IMG/VR virus record: IMGVR_UViG_3300021400_001778
Span: 72,923-108,758 of that record
DNA length: 35,836 bases
From: a virus
Lineage: Duplodnaviria; Heunggongvirae; Uroviricota; Caudoviricetes
Reading direction: 5' to 3' (one strand)
Position 1 is the first letter of the stretch, and the number at the start of each line of letters is the position of its first letter. The notes under the pieces were generated by a model. The model saw only the letters and a list, made by a program, of their open reading frames with translations, had not been told where the DNA came from and made no database searches. The translations under genes were made by a program, and so were the position numbers. Below, in pieces: positions 1-10,016 of the stretch.

Positions 1-63
1 AACCCTGTCTTCTATAGAATATTTATCATACAAAGCCTCTATTATTTCATATGTATAACTCAA
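1..63 (-). CDS. 5' part of hypothetical gene running off window (MSYTYEIIEALYDKYSIEDRV...)
   Basis: Open frame from TTG at 63 to window edge; AAGGAG 11 nt upstream; promoter at 109-137. Confidence 0.35.
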   Translation of the reverse strand, partial: MSYTYEIIEALYDKYSIEDRV

Positions 64-98
64 AATTACAACATCTCCTTGTTACTTACATTCTCCTT

Positions 99-347
99 TC
101 AGTTTAACATTATACCACATTTTGAATCATATTTCAACCCCGAAAACATACTTTCTATCTCTTCTTTCGCGGTATAACTGAATTTAAAATTCGAACTATT
201 AATTATATCAGCCACTTCTTTTGGACTTTCGGCAACTGATATAAAAGTTGCCGATTGTCCACATACATCACATACTAAATCATTAGCGTCCAATTCATAC
301 TCCGTAATAACTGGGTCGCCAATGCAAGATTTATAGATATAATACAA
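99..347 (-). CDS. Small hypothetical protein with CxxC motif
   Basis: 82 aa, GAGGT RBS, CDVC motif, co-oriented with replication genes. Confidence 0.7.
   Translation of the reverse strand: MYYIYKSCIGDPVITEYELDANDLVCDVCGQSATFISVAESPKEVADIINSSNFKFSYTAKEEIESMFSGLKYDSKCGIMLN
109..137 (-). promoter_or_regulatory. SigA promoter TTGAAA-17-TATAAT with extended -10 TG
   Basis: Minus strand ttgaaa tatgattcaaaatgtgg tataat. Confidence 0.7.
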
Positions 348-356
348 TATATTACC

Positions 357-899
357 TCACTTCATTAAATGCGACCTTAAAGCACTGAAACATATTTCAT
401 AAATAATTTTGCCAGTAGTTTCTTTTTTCATAAACAGCGGTGTAATACCATTCTTAACTTGCAAAGATAAGATTGTTCTTAATACAGCGGTCGAGTTCAT
501 ACTACTTCTATAATTTCCTCGCAGTATATCTTCTATGGATGTATCCTCTATAATGAGATAGTTTCTAACCCCGCCATACATCCTTCTAAACTCACGGAAA
601 ACACGACCCTCATCTTTTGAAGCATTAGCAAAATTACCAACGAGTTCGCTAAGATTCGCTTTTCTTTCTATACATAATTCATCGGTCAAATACCAATCTC
701 TTGTAATCCCTAACTCTTCACACTTAGTAATCAGTAATGAATAATCGCCAGTCTCAAGGGCTTTGTTTTTCCATAGTATTTTATGTTCATCAAAGTAGTC
801 TGTTATATGTGAATTAACTTTCTCTTGCGTATCAACAAGTATTACAAAATGTTCCGACATTAATTTATCTTGTTCTTTTTGTGTAAATCTTAATTGCAT
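357..899 (-). CDS. ERCC4 (XPF/Mus81-type) domain nuclease, possible branch/Holliday junction resolvase
   Basis: LVDTQEK, LETGDY and IERK motifs of the ERCC4 fold; start overlaps the polymerase stop. Confidence 0.85.
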   Translation of the reverse strand: MQLRFTQKEQDKLMSEHFVILVDTQEKVNSHITDYFDEHKILWKNKALETGDYSLLITKCEELGITRDWYLTDELCIERKANLSELVGNFANASKDEGRVFREFRRMYGGVRNYLIIEDTSIEDILRGNYRSSMNSTAVLRTILSLQVKNGITPLFMKKETTGKIIYEICFSALRSHLMK

Positions 900-3800
900 T
901 AATACAAATTATTTCCTTCTATTATTTTATACTTATTTATCCATAACTCCCTTTCTTTATAGTCCTTAATCCATTTACCATTTTCGCCCATCTTAAATTT
1001 TGGCGAATATTTATATGCTTCTATGATAACTAAATCGCCAGTCTTTATCTTCTGACCATTAAACAACTCTTTCTGGACTTTAACATCTAATATACTTCCG
1101 TTCGCCAGACAATAAACTTGCAAACGCGGCGAAAATGTAGTAACGCACGACATAACGTAAACTAAATTCGCAAATCTATGTTTGTCGATAATATCTATAT
1201 ATCCTAAATACTCGCTTTGGTCAGCAATTCTCGCTTTAAGCCCACGGCGCGGACAGTTCTCTTTGTAGTTTCGTTCGTAATGCCGCAGAATCGCGAACAT
1301 ATCAACGCGCATAAACGTCTTTTCTGTTCTTCTCTCGCAGTAATCCTCAAGTAATATTGCGGGAATACACAGCTTTTTCGCAGAAGTCTCTTTTACATTT
1401 TTAAACTGCTTCACATCGCCAGACTTATAAATTGTGTAAAACATATTAGCTAAATTGAGCAAAGCGTTTATCTCTCCAAACTTGCTGAAAAAATTTAGCT
1501 TTATTAATATTTTTATATGTTCTGACGTTACATCACCCTTGCATGTATTCTTAATCGCAACAAGTAAATCTGTAAAGGTATCAAAACTTTCGCCGTATAA
1601 TTGCGACAGGCTATCACCAGTATTCTTTCCGATGCTCTTTACCGACCGTAAACCTTTAACTACTGCATTTTCTTCTTTGATGAATGAGTATCCGTTTCGC
1701 GACTCTCCAAATTGGATAGGCTTTATCTTGATACCATGTTTCTTTGCGTATGTAGTTATATTTTTAGTCTTCTCGATATCACCGTCAAAAGTTTCAAGTG
1801 CCGCCGCGACCCACTCAAGCGGATAATAGTGTCTATACCACGCGGAAATATAAGCTATTGCGTGATAAGACATACTGTGAATCTTTGAAAAAGAATAATC
1901 AGAAGCATCAAGAATTGTCTGCAAAAACGGCTCAATCGTTATTTCCGCATCTTCTCTCGCGACTCCATATTCTTTTACCATTGTACTGATAAAGCGTTTT
2001 TTAATCTCTGGCAGTAACGACTCAGTTCCTTTCTTTTTCGCGATTGCTCTACGGACTACATCTGCTTCACCTTCTGAATATCCCGCGAACTTCTGTAACC
2101 ATTCGCTTATCTCTTCTTGAAAAAGTAATCTTCCAAATGTCGGGTCTAAGAAGTCTTGTAGAGGCTTTAAATCATAATCGACATATTCGCCTTCCGCGAC
2201 AGAATCTCTATAAGAAGTTCCAGACGGTCTAAGCGCGGCATTGCAAATCGCGCCAAGCATAAATAAATCTATGTCACCACGCCTTTTTATAACCTTCGCT
2301 AATGTTTCATCGGAGAAGAATCTACGGATAAACGCAAATGCCATTGGAGATTCATACTGGAAAATCATTGTTGTATCTTTACGCATATCTTTGATAACTT
2401 CAAAATCTTCCATGTTATCAAATCTCTCGCTGTCTGGTGTTGGCTTTTCGTGTCCGCAATATTTAGCAACAAGATTTATTAACTTGAGATTGTTTAAACC
2501 AAGTAAATCAAACTTTACCCAATTGTAAGCATCAAGTGATTTCATCTGTACTTGCGTTGATACATAATTTGAATTTCCAGATTTAGCAAGTCCAAGTTCG
2601 CGTTCAATATCTCTATCAGAAATAAGAATGCCGCTTGCATGAATACCAGTATTTACAACTACGCCGATTACAAGGTTAACTATTCTACAAAGTTCTGGAT
2701 ATTCATCCCACATTTCCTTCGTAATTTCATCTTTATCGCCAAGCATAGATTTGATGCCGTCTATATCTTTTAATGAATAATCCAATCCCTTTCCAACGTA
2801 TTCAATAGCTTTCCGTGCTTTCATTGTACCAAATGTAATAATTTGCGCGGCTTTCATGTTTGGCAAACCTAAATGGTCTTCAATCATAAACTTCGTGACT
2901 TTTGCTTTTGATTCATCATCATAGTCTGTGTCGATATCTGCGAGATTGACACGTTCTCTTGACATAAATCGAGAGAAAGGAAGGTCATATTTAATTGAAT
3001 CCATTTCTGTGATTCTGTTTACATATGCCAATTCTGAACCACCAACAGAACCGCGCCCGAAACCATAATTAATACCATTGGCATTCTCGTATTCTCGAAT
3101 ATGCATTTGTAAAAGCATAAAGTCTTGTGCATTGTTATCACACATAACTTCGTACTCTTCACGTAAGCGCGGCTCTATCTCTTCCCAAGTATATCTTTTA
3201 CTTGCATATGGGTGTTTTTTGTACGCTTCTACTGTTTTATCCCAAAGAACTTTTTTACCGTCTTCGTAAATCTTAGGATACTTATAGTCGCGATTTAATG
3301 TAAATTCCTCTACCATATCAGCCATACGGTTAGTATTTTCAATGGCTTCGAGATATGCAGACTCAGGTAATACACCTTGCTTCTTATATTCTCCTATCAG
3401 TTCATCAAAACTCAACATGCAAAGATTGAATTCATCTTCATCTGGATAGGATTTGCCCGCGCCTTTTTCAACAATCAACCTTGCGGCGGCATAATCGCTA
3501 TTATAGGAATGAGTATCAGTTCCCGCGATAAGCGGAATATCCAAAGACTTATGCAGAGTATAGATGTATTTATTATATTCTTTTTGCACTTCACAAATAT
3601 GATGCTGAACTTCTAAAAAACATCTTTCTTTGTTCTGGCGAAGGAAGTTTATAAATCTTTCTCTAACATCTTCGTTAGACTTTGTACCCAATAACCCACC
3701 TATGCAAGCAGTTGTAACGAGAATATTGTCACTTGTTCCGAACAATTCATCCATAGTTATGCGGGGTTGATAATACATATGCTCTTTATCAAACGATTTA

Positions 3801-4126
3801 GAACTCAACTCGTTCAATTCAAGAACGCCTTCGTAGTTTCGCGCGATTAGCACAACATGATAGTTATCTCTTATTTTTTCCTCGCCAATGGAGTTAGCAG
3901 TAACATAAGCCTCCATCTCATGTATATATTTCATTCCCGCGCTTTCTATCATTTCTTTTTTGGCTATCCAGTCAAAGAGATTACCGTGCTCGGAAAACCC
4001 AAGCGATTTCATTCCCCATTTTTTAGCTTGTTGTACGTATAACTCAATAGGTGTAAGACAATCCATACCCGCTATTGGATTACTATAAGGACTATGTAGG
4101 TGGTATATCGTGTAGTTATTATTCAT
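899..4126 (-). CDS. dnaE: DNA polymerase III alpha subunit (DnaE-type) with apparently intact PHP domain
   Basis: HLH, SEHG, HEMEAY, TDTH PHP motifs; GRGS, DIDTD, KFDLLGL catalytic motifs; start moved to MNNNY after GAGGAAG RBS. Confidence 0.95.
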   Translation of the reverse strand: MNNNYTIYHLHSPYSNPIAGMDCLTPIELYVQQAKKWGMKSLGFSEHGNLFDWIAKKEMIESAGMKYIHEMEAYVTANSIGEEKIRDNYHVVLIARNYEGVLELNELSSKSFDKEHMYYQPRITMDELFGTSDNILVTTACIGGLLGTKSNEDVRERFINFLRQNKERCFLEVQHHICEVQKEYNKYIYTLHKSLDIPLIAGTDTHSYNSDYAAARLIVEKGAGKSYPDEDEFNLCMLSFDELIGEYKKQGVLPESAYLEAIENTNRMADMVEEFTLNRDYKYPKIYEDGKKVLWDKTVEAYKKHPYASKRYTWEEIEPRLREEYEVMCDNNAQDFMLLQMHIREYENANGINYGFGRGSVGGSELAYVNRITEMDSIKYDLPFSRFMSRERVNLADIDTDYDDESKAKVTKFMIEDHLGLPNMKAAQIITFGTMKARKAIEYVGKGLDYSLKDIDGIKSMLGDKDEITKEMWDEYPELCRIVNLVIGVVVNTGIHASGILISDRDIERELGLAKSGNSNYVSTQVQMKSLDAYNWVKFDLLGLNNLKLINLVAKYCGHEKPTPDSERFDNMEDFEVIKDMRKDTTMIFQYESPMAFAFIRRFFSDETLAKVIKRRGDIDLFMLGAICNAALRPSGTSYRDSVAEGEYVDYDLKPLQDFLDPTFGRLLFQEEISEWLQKFAGYSEGEADVVRRAIAKKKGTESLLPEIKKRFISTMVKEYGVAREDAEITIEPFLQTILDASDYSFSKIHSMSYHAIAYISAWYRHYYPLEWVAAALETFDGDIEKTKNITTYAKKHGIKIKPIQFGESRNGYSFIKEENAVVKGLRSVKSIGKNTGDSLSQLYGESFDTFTDLLVAIKNTCKGDVTSEHIKILIKLNFFSKFGEINALLNLANMFYTIYKSGDVKQFKNVKETSAKKLCIPAILLEDYCERRTEKTFMRVDMFAILRHYERNYKENCPRRGLKARIADQSEYLGYIDIIDKHRFANLVYVMSCVTTFSPRLQVYCLANGSILDVKVQKELFNGQKIKTGDLVIIEAYKYSPKFKMGENGKWIKDYKERELWINKYKIIEGNNLY

Positions 4127-4889
4127 TATCTTCCTCTTTATACTCACAACTTAATCTAAAATCACATAACTGGTTACACATTAAATAACTTTTCTTCGGG
4201 AGAAATTCTTCGTCATTTTCTATATTGTGTATTGTATTAATCGCCCATTGTTGCACCGCTTTACAATCTTCTTCGTCAAAATCAATACTTACAACTTTTT
4301 TGTCGCGGAAAAGTAACCACTTCAAAGTTTTAGGATACGTCTTATATTGCTGATAAATTCCGCAAGCATAAAGTAACGCTTGTTTCTTGTATCCGTCCCA
4401 AGTATCTGAAAATTGCTTTTTTGGTTCGCCGTTCTTTTTTAATGTATCGCTTGCAGACTTATAATCTACAATAATATGATTACCTTTATTATCTTTTAGA
4501 TGTAAGTCTATAAATCCATGAAAATCATAATCGCCAACAGAAAAATTTATCTCTTCTTCCGCGTCTACTATCTGATAATTTGTGAACAATAAAAAATCAT
4601 ACTCCGCGAAAAAATCTAAACACTGATTCTCCGTCTTATCTCGCGTTGATTCCCTGACATACTCACTATTATATTGAGTTAAATCAAGATAATATTCTCC
4701 TGCATCTGCAATATCAATTATTCCTTTCGCGACCTTCTCAAGAGTTTCATGTACCGCACTACCGTTTTCAGCGTACCAATTAGAGCATCCCTCGCGATTT
4801 TCTATATAATTTAGATACCATTGATACGGACAACTCTCATATGATGATAGGCGGCTATAACTCCATGTAAAGTCTTTATACTTCTGCAA
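4119..4889 (-). CDS. PD-(D/E)XK exonuclease, RecB/Cas4-like, with four-Cys Fe-S staple
   Basis: WSYSRL..Y..CP, GSAVH, GFIDL, IVDYKS, C-terminal CNQLCDFRLSC. Confidence 0.9.
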   Translation of the reverse strand: MQKYKDFTWSYSRLSSYESCPYQWYLNYIENREGCSNWYAENGSAVHETLEKVAKGIIDIADAGEYYLDLTQYNSEYVRESTRDKTENQCLDFFAEYDFLLFTNYQIVDAEEEINFSVGDYDFHGFIDLHLKDNKGNHIIVDYKSASDTLKKNGEPKKQFSDTWDGYKKQALLYACGIYQQYKTYPKTLKWLLFRDKKVVSIDFDEEDCKAVQQWAINTIHNIENDEEFLPKKSYLMCNQLCDFRLSCEYKEEDNE

Positions 4890-5924
4890 TTATCCCATCC
4901 ACCTCCTCTTATTCTGATATAGTAATTCCCATGTTTCTTTACCTTTATCGGCGGGACTATCCTTTTCGTATAAAGCATTGATATCATCACAAATATAAAA
5001 TACATTTACGAATTTACTTAACTTTGAAATTTGCCTCCGCATTTCTTTTTCTTTTGCGGATAAAAATCCAACATCTTTATCAAACGCCAAAACAACATTA
5101 CTGCATCCAAGCTGTAATATTGTTTTAATCTGTCCGTCTGTAAGAGAATGAGTCTCTGCGGAAACTGTATTTTTAATTCCCCAATCCCAACATTTCATAA
5201 CGCTTTTTATACTTTCAAAAATTATTATTTCGTCAGCATCTAAAATGTATTGTTTTGTTTTATAAAGACATTGCAAATAATCAAGATATTCGACTGGAAA
5301 GTAATTCTTATATTTAGCAATTCTCATCGCCTTATAATCATCATATCGCGTCCTTCCCTTGATATTTATTAAATGTCCGTAAATATCACGGACAGGGTAA
5401 ACGATTCTATTACTGTTGTTATCTACTCTGATATCAAATTCTCTTAATGTATCAGCCGATATACCTTCACTTTCCCACTCTGGAATTTGTTCGATACTAT
5501 ATTTGGCGTACATAGAATCATTTAATACTACATGTTGTATTTCTGCTTTAGACGCAACCTTTTTTAACTCTCTGTTTTGTTTTCTTATATAATTAACAGT
5601 TGGCGATTGGCAAGACATAGATATATCCATATTTGCAAGTTTCGATGCTTTTTCTACGGCTTGCATAAATTTTAGATGTTCTATTTTTGTCAACCACTTT
5701 ATAATTCCTCCGCCAGTTTTACATGAATGACAAAAGAAACTTCTGTGCATCCCATCTTCATCCTCTGTTATTGACAAACTCGGAGTATTATCAGTGTGAA
5801 GCGGACAGTTCGTAAAGTATTCTTTTCCTTGCCGCCTAAATTCGAATCCTTGACTTTCCGCATATTCTAACAGGTCGATATTGTCCCTTATTTCATCGAG
5901 AAAATTCTGGTCTACTTCAATCAT
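4890..5924 (-). CDS. dnaG: DNA primase (CHC2 zinc finger + TOPRIM)
   Basis: CPLHTDNTPS...CHSC zinc finger; IIFES and LAFDKD TOPRIM motifs. Confidence 0.9.
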   Translation of the reverse strand: MIEVDQNFLDEIRDNIDLLEYAESQGFEFRRQGKEYFTNCPLHTDNTPSLSITEDEDGMHRSFFCHSCKTGGGIIKWLTKIEHLKFMQAVEKASKLANMDISMSCQSPTVNYIRKQNRELKKVASKAEIQHVVLNDSMYAKYSIEQIPEWESEGISADTLREFDIRVDNNSNRIVYPVRDIYGHLINIKGRTRYDDYKAMRIAKYKNYFPVEYLDYLQCLYKTKQYILDADEIIIFESIKSVMKCWDWGIKNTVSAETHSLTDGQIKTILQLGCSNVVLAFDKDVGFLSAKEKEMRRQISKLSKFVNVFYICDDINALYEKDSPADKGKETWELLYQNKRRWMG

Positions 5925-7264
5925 GTAAACGCCCCGTCTTCTTGACTATGTTGTTGTGCCTGTTCTATCCGCATTTTATTTCCGTAAAAACAAAAATCAA
6001 AATAGTCTGAATCATCTGTCATGTCATGTTGTTCGCCAAGTCGATTAGCCGATATTTTCATAAATGCATTACCGCATTCTATTCCATCGTTCTCAACCAT
6101 GTCGCGGCTCTTGACTTGCCACTTAGCGGAAAATGATACATACCGTTCTATCTTATCGGAATCAGCAACTTCATTCTGACGATTAAGTTGAACGGCGGAA
6201 ATGACAACCATATTCAACGTCCCCGCAATAGTATTCTTTAGAAAATCCGCCATCGCGCCCAATTTGTTATAATTGAGTTCTGATGTATCCGAGTTATTTT
6301 TTATGTAATCATATACTAAAACTTCGAGTCCAAATCTATCCCTTAATATTCTACACGTATTGTATAGTTTAAGTTCATCATATTCTGGTCTATAAATATG
6401 CCAGAACTTTTTAGATTTTAACCACGATAAAGCCTTTTTGATGCGTTCTGATTCTTCATCGGAATAAGTACCATCCTTAATCCTTTTAACGTCTATGTTT
6501 GTTAAATTCGCAAGCATACGGCGAATAAACAACTTATCCGACATTTCCGAATCTATATAAAGAACAGGGATATCATTTCTTAAAAGAAACATAGCTTGCT
6601 CCATAAGCAAAACGCTCTTTCCAGCTTTTCTTCTCCCACCAAATATATACATCTCTGTCGGTTCAAGTGGTGCGTAATCATTTAGAATATCCCATTTCCA
6701 CCTAATCTTACTGGAATTGTCGCGCTGTCTATCTTTCTCTATATCACTCCATAAACCATCAATCTTCGAACTAAATTCATCTAAATCGTCTTCTACCACA
6801 AACTTCTTAGAAAGGTCTTCGATGGTCGAATACATTTCGGCGTTTATTTTATCTACTGGAAGTTTAACATCCTGACATTTTTTAATAATTGCATCCAATT
6901 TATGACTAAGTTGACGCTTATATGCATTTGATTGTACTATTCGCGCGAGATTTATATAATCTTCTACATTCTCACGCGCGATTATCTCAGACATATCTTT
7001 AAATTCCTGTAGATTAGGCATATTCGCATTTTCGTACATATTATTGATATGCGGATTATTCTTAATCTCTGTACTTATCGAAAAAATATCTATCTGATTA
7101 CCACGCGCAAAAAGTGTTTTAATTGCATGATAAATACATCCCATTGCTACATCGTAAAAATGCGATGGTTGCAGAAAATCAGATTCTAATATAAATTCTG
7201 GCTTGTAGAGGAGCGTTGCAATAACGCCCCCCTCAGCCGAAGAATCATAAATTGGTTCACTCAA
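5921..7264 (-). CDS. dnaB: DnaB-like replicative helicase
   Basis: N-terminal AEGGVIATL domain, Walker A GRRKAGKS, YIDSEM, YDYIK, AVQLNR. Confidence 0.92.
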   Translation of the reverse strand: MSEPIYDSSAEGGVIATLLYKPEFILESDFLQPSHFYDVAMGCIYHAIKTLFARGNQIDIFSISTEIKNNPHINNMYENANMPNLQEFKDMSEIIARENVEDYINLARIVQSNAYKRQLSHKLDAIIKKCQDVKLPVDKINAEMYSTIEDLSKKFVVEDDLDEFSSKIDGLWSDIEKDRQRDNSSKIRWKWDILNDYAPLEPTEMYIFGGRRKAGKSVLLMEQAMFLLRNDIPVLYIDSEMSDKLFIRRMLANLTNIDVKRIKDGTYSDEESERIKKALSWLKSKKFWHIYRPEYDELKLYNTCRILRDRFGLEVLVYDYIKNNSDTSELNYNKLGAMADFLKNTIAGTLNMVVISAVQLNRQNEVADSDKIERYVSFSAKWQVKSRDMVENDGIECGNAFMKISANRLGEQHDMTDDSDYFDFCFYGNKMRIEQAQQHSQEDGAFT

Positions 7265-7275
7265 TTATTTTCTCC

Positions 7276-7764
7276 TTAATTGAACGGAAGGCAATCATCA
7301 ATGTCAGACAAAGAATCTGGAATATTTACAAAACTACTATCTCTTCCAGACGTTGCTGTTGTCTTATTGCCACCGTCATTATTCTCTTCATCGTGGAACT
7401 TGAATTCAAACACGTTAAGGAACTTAAAATCATTTGTAGCTACTACGTCTTCGCCGTTACGTCCCTTAAATGTGATGGTGTTCCCGTCTTTATCTTTTCT
7501 CGGAATCTTAGCGATACTAAAATCCCCGCGCAGAATATCAAGTCTGTCGCGGATATCTTTCACTCCTTGCGGATACTTCTTTTTTACCTTTTCGAGTGCA
7601 TCGCCAATAAAATATACGTTGAAGCCAAAGTTTTCATACGTTCCATCCGCCTTTTTACTTGAAGCAGAACCTTGCGCATGAATTCTCTTTCCCTTCTGTT
7701 CATCGACCTCCCAAATTGTTACCGTTGGGTCATACGTCACATTTCTTCCAATTGCTAATCCCAT
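7276..7764 (-). CDS. ssb: Single-stranded DNA-binding protein
   Basis: OB-fold-sized body with acidic tail ending DIDDCLPFN; position between helicase and annealase. Confidence 0.8.
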   Translation of the reverse strand: MGLAIGRNVTYDPTVTIWEVDEQKGKRIHAQGSASSKKADGTYENFGFNVYFIGDALEKVKKKYPQGVKDIRDRLDILRGDFSIAKIPRKDKDGNTITFKGRNGEDVVATNDFKFLNVFEFKFHDEENNDGGNKTTATSGRDSSFVNIPDSLSDIDDCLPFN

Positions 7765-8486
7765 TACTTACTTTCTCCTTTCGTAATTCTAACAGTTTTT
7801 AACTTTTTGATAAGTGTATTAAGTAATTCCTCATCCTCGCAAAGACGCGGGTCTCCATTGCACTCTGACGGTAAACTTGTCAATAAGATTTCATCAATCT
7901 TCTCGCTTGACTTAGTATCGCCATTTTCCTTTGCGGCTTTCTTCTTCTGAGAAATAATTCCCATTGCTTCTGCGGCGGCTTTCTGAACGCTTACAATAGC
8001 ATCGGGGATATCTTCGCCAGTCCAAAGATTAATCGCCAGACCGAACATAGCAATATTCTTCGCCAGACATCTCATAGTTGACTTGTTTATATCGTTCATT
8101 GTTGCGGCGGCTACCTTGTTCTTGCCGACCTGTCTCTCTTCAAGAGACATACTTGTGTTGCGGAAGTCCATAACTGGTAACTGCATATATCTTGTATGAC
8201 CTTCTACCGTTACGCTTGTTGCCACCATTAATCCCGCCTTTGTGACGAGATAAGGGTCATCCATGCCGCCCATAATCTTATCTCCGTTGCTATCAACTCC
8301 GACAACAGTTGCGCTATTGTCGAACGTCATAAATTCATATGACGCATTGTAATGACTACAAATCTCGTCCCATGCTGTAGCCCACGGGAGATAATCGAGT
8401 CCGTTTTTACTTTTTGTTCTGTCAGACACGGTAATCTTTCTCAGATTACTATAAATTTCATTAAAAGAAATACTTTCTTTTTCCAA
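7764..8486 (-). CDS. sak: Sak/Rad52-like single-strand annealing protein (DUF1071)
   Basis: YLPWATAW, QLPVMDFRN, NKSTMRCLAKNIAMFGL...GEDIP motifs. Confidence 0.88.
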   Translation of the reverse strand: MEKESISFNEIYSNLRKITVSDRTKSKNGLDYLPWATAWDEICSHYNASYEFMTFDNSATVVGVDSNGDKIMGGMDDPYLVTKAGLMVATSVTVEGHTRYMQLPVMDFRNTSMSLEERQVGKNKVAAATMNDINKSTMRCLAKNIAMFGLAINLWTGEDIPDAIVSVQKAAAEAMGIISQKKKAAKENGDTKSSEKIDEILLTSLPSECNGDPRLCEDEELLNTLIKKLKTVRITKGESK

Positions 8487-8539
8487 TTCAAACTCCTATT
8501 CTTTTTCTACTTACATTCTTATTAGTTACTATATATAAA

Positions 8540-8558
8540 AGCAGAATTTAATTCTGCT
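8540..8558 (-). terminator. Inverted repeat, possible terminator/attenuator or operator
   Basis: AGCAGAATT-T-AATTCTGCT, followed by TTTT on the minus strand. Confidence 0.5.
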
Positions 8559-8570
8559 ATTATAAAGAGA

Positions 8571-8870
8571 TTAACGGTATAAAGGGCATATCGACAGCGA
8601 GACATTATTACTTTTTACAACAAACATATCAATTTTCTTTGAGTAGAGAACTTCCGCTCCATTTAAGTTAATGCTGATTTCTGGCGGCTCACAAACATAC
8701 TCTCTTATGTAAATAATATTTTCATTTCCGCTGATTTCCAAATCACAAACTTTACATGTTGAATGGACAATTAAATTGTCGGCGTTCAATCCATATCTTA
8801 TGGACTCTTTACGCCAACACACATCTTTCAGCCAATCTATTAAAAAATCCGCTATAACACTTTCAAACAT
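8571..8870 (-). CDS. Hypothetical protein, first gene of the LexA-boxed operon
   Basis: 99 aa, AAGGAGG RBS. Confidence 0.75.
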   Translation of the reverse strand: MFESVIADFLIDWLKDVCWRKESIRYGLNADNLIVHSTCKVCDLEISGNENIIYIREYVCEPPEISINLNGAEVLYSKKIDMFVVKSNNVSLSICPLYR

Positions 8871-8896
8871 TATTGCCCTCCTTGCCGTGTATGGTT

Positions 8897-8925
8897 ATTA
8901 TACCACACTTTAGGAGAAAATGCAA
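8897..8925 (-). promoter_or_regulatory. SigA promoter TTGCAT-17-TATAAT (extended -10) for the replication module
   Basis: Minus strand ttgcat tttctcctaaagtgtgg tataat. Confidence 0.8.
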
Positions 8926-8948
8926 ACATTTATTCGGAACATTTGTTC
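8923..8948. promoter_or_regulatory. Two adjacent LexA (SOS/Cheo) boxes at the -35
   Basis: GAAC-ATTT-GTTC at 8937-8948; degenerate CGAATAAATGTTTG (minus strand) at 8923-8936 overlapping the -35. Confidence 0.75.
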
Positions 8949-8953
8949 TGTTT

Positions 8954-9952
8954 TTACAAATTAAGTTCACGTTTCATCCTTACCGCATGATATCTGTATA
9001 TTGTTTTAAACTTATCTATGGCGAGTTCATTATCAAACTCCCATCCGTAAGTATTGCAAAGCATATCATTTAATTCTTTATGCTCCGCTTTATCTGTTGT
9101 CGGGTTAAGCATGATTTTAATAAATCTTTCCGCGCCGAGTGTATCGACAACGCGATTTATTAATCCGCTTTCCCACAACTTTTGTTGCGAAAAATCAGTT
9201 CCGTTTTTATCGTTAAATCGTCCTAACAGCTTATACATACTTTTCTGTATACGATGCCGCCCTTCTGCGTCTGTTGTGAAGTGTTCGACATCGCTCTTTT
9301 TAACCATTATATAAGGCACTACGCGGTCATCGACCGCTACCAAAATGCCCTTTTTATAAGTATAAATAAATTCATTTTCCTTTTGCAGTTTATATATGCT
9401 ATTTAATAATCTATCGGATGGTATCCTATCGCCAGAATTTGTGTGGATAACTCCATCCTTAATATCCGAATATCTAAAATCGGATAAAGATTTATAAGAC
9501 GCAAATATACCCTCATAAATTGAAAGCATAATTACATCATAATAATTTCTGTTATCAACATTTAAATCAATTGCGTTGCATATATATTCGCGAGTATAAG
9601 GCTTCAAGGATTCGTCCCACGAAATATAATTTGTAAATGCTTCTAAAGATAGCGCGACGCCATAACAAGGATTGTTACTCACAATCTCTTTTTCAAGTAA
9701 AAAATTAAAAAGTTTTGTGTAAACGCCACGCCCAACGTGAAACAAAGAAACAGACGTTACCTTAATTTTTTCATACATCAACTCTGCTATATCAATATCA
9801 TTAAATTCAGCGAAAGAATTATATCCACGCTTATCAGATATATTATCAATAGCTTCATTGTGCAAAAATTTTAACTCGGTTTTCGTCAATTCTGTATTAG
9901 CAATAAAATCTTTTAAATAATTATTGTACTCTTGCTTAGTTAGCTTTTTCAT
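8954..9952 (-). CDS. Integrase-fold repressor resembling SPbeta MrpR/YopR (SroF)
   Basis: Core-binding-like N-domain (FNFLL..EI...NP), IMLSIYEGI...SDI and LWESGLIN segments; no R-H-R-H-Y catalytic set recognisable. Confidence 0.6.
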   Translation of the reverse strand: MKKLTKQEYNNYLKDFIANTELTKTELKFLHNEAIDNISDKRGYNSFAEFNDIDIAELMYEKIKVTSVSLFHVGRGVYTKLFNFLLEKEIVSNNPCYGVALSLEAFTNYISWDESLKPYTREYICNAIDLNVDNRNYYDVIMLSIYEGIFASYKSLSDFRYSDIKDGVIHTNSGDRIPSDRLLNSIYKLQKENEFIYTYKKGILVAVDDRVVPYIMVKKSDVEHFTTDAEGRHRIQKSMYKLLGRFNDKNGTDFSQQKLWESGLINRVVDTLGAERFIKIMLNPTTDKAEHKELNDMLCNTYGWEFDNELAIDKFKTIYRYHAVRMKRELNL

Positions 9953-10016
9953 ATTATTCACCACCTTTCATAGTAATAATATAATATTTCCAAACAAAAG
10001 TACAACAAATATTTTA

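Noticed and set aside
899-4126. Intein or intron in the polymerase
   Set aside because: Length is normal for DnaE, the frame is continuous, and no splice-junction or homing-endonuclease motifs are seen.
4119-4889. Cas4 / CRISPR system
   Set aside because: No repeat-spacer array or other cas genes; the nuclease sits in a replication operon.
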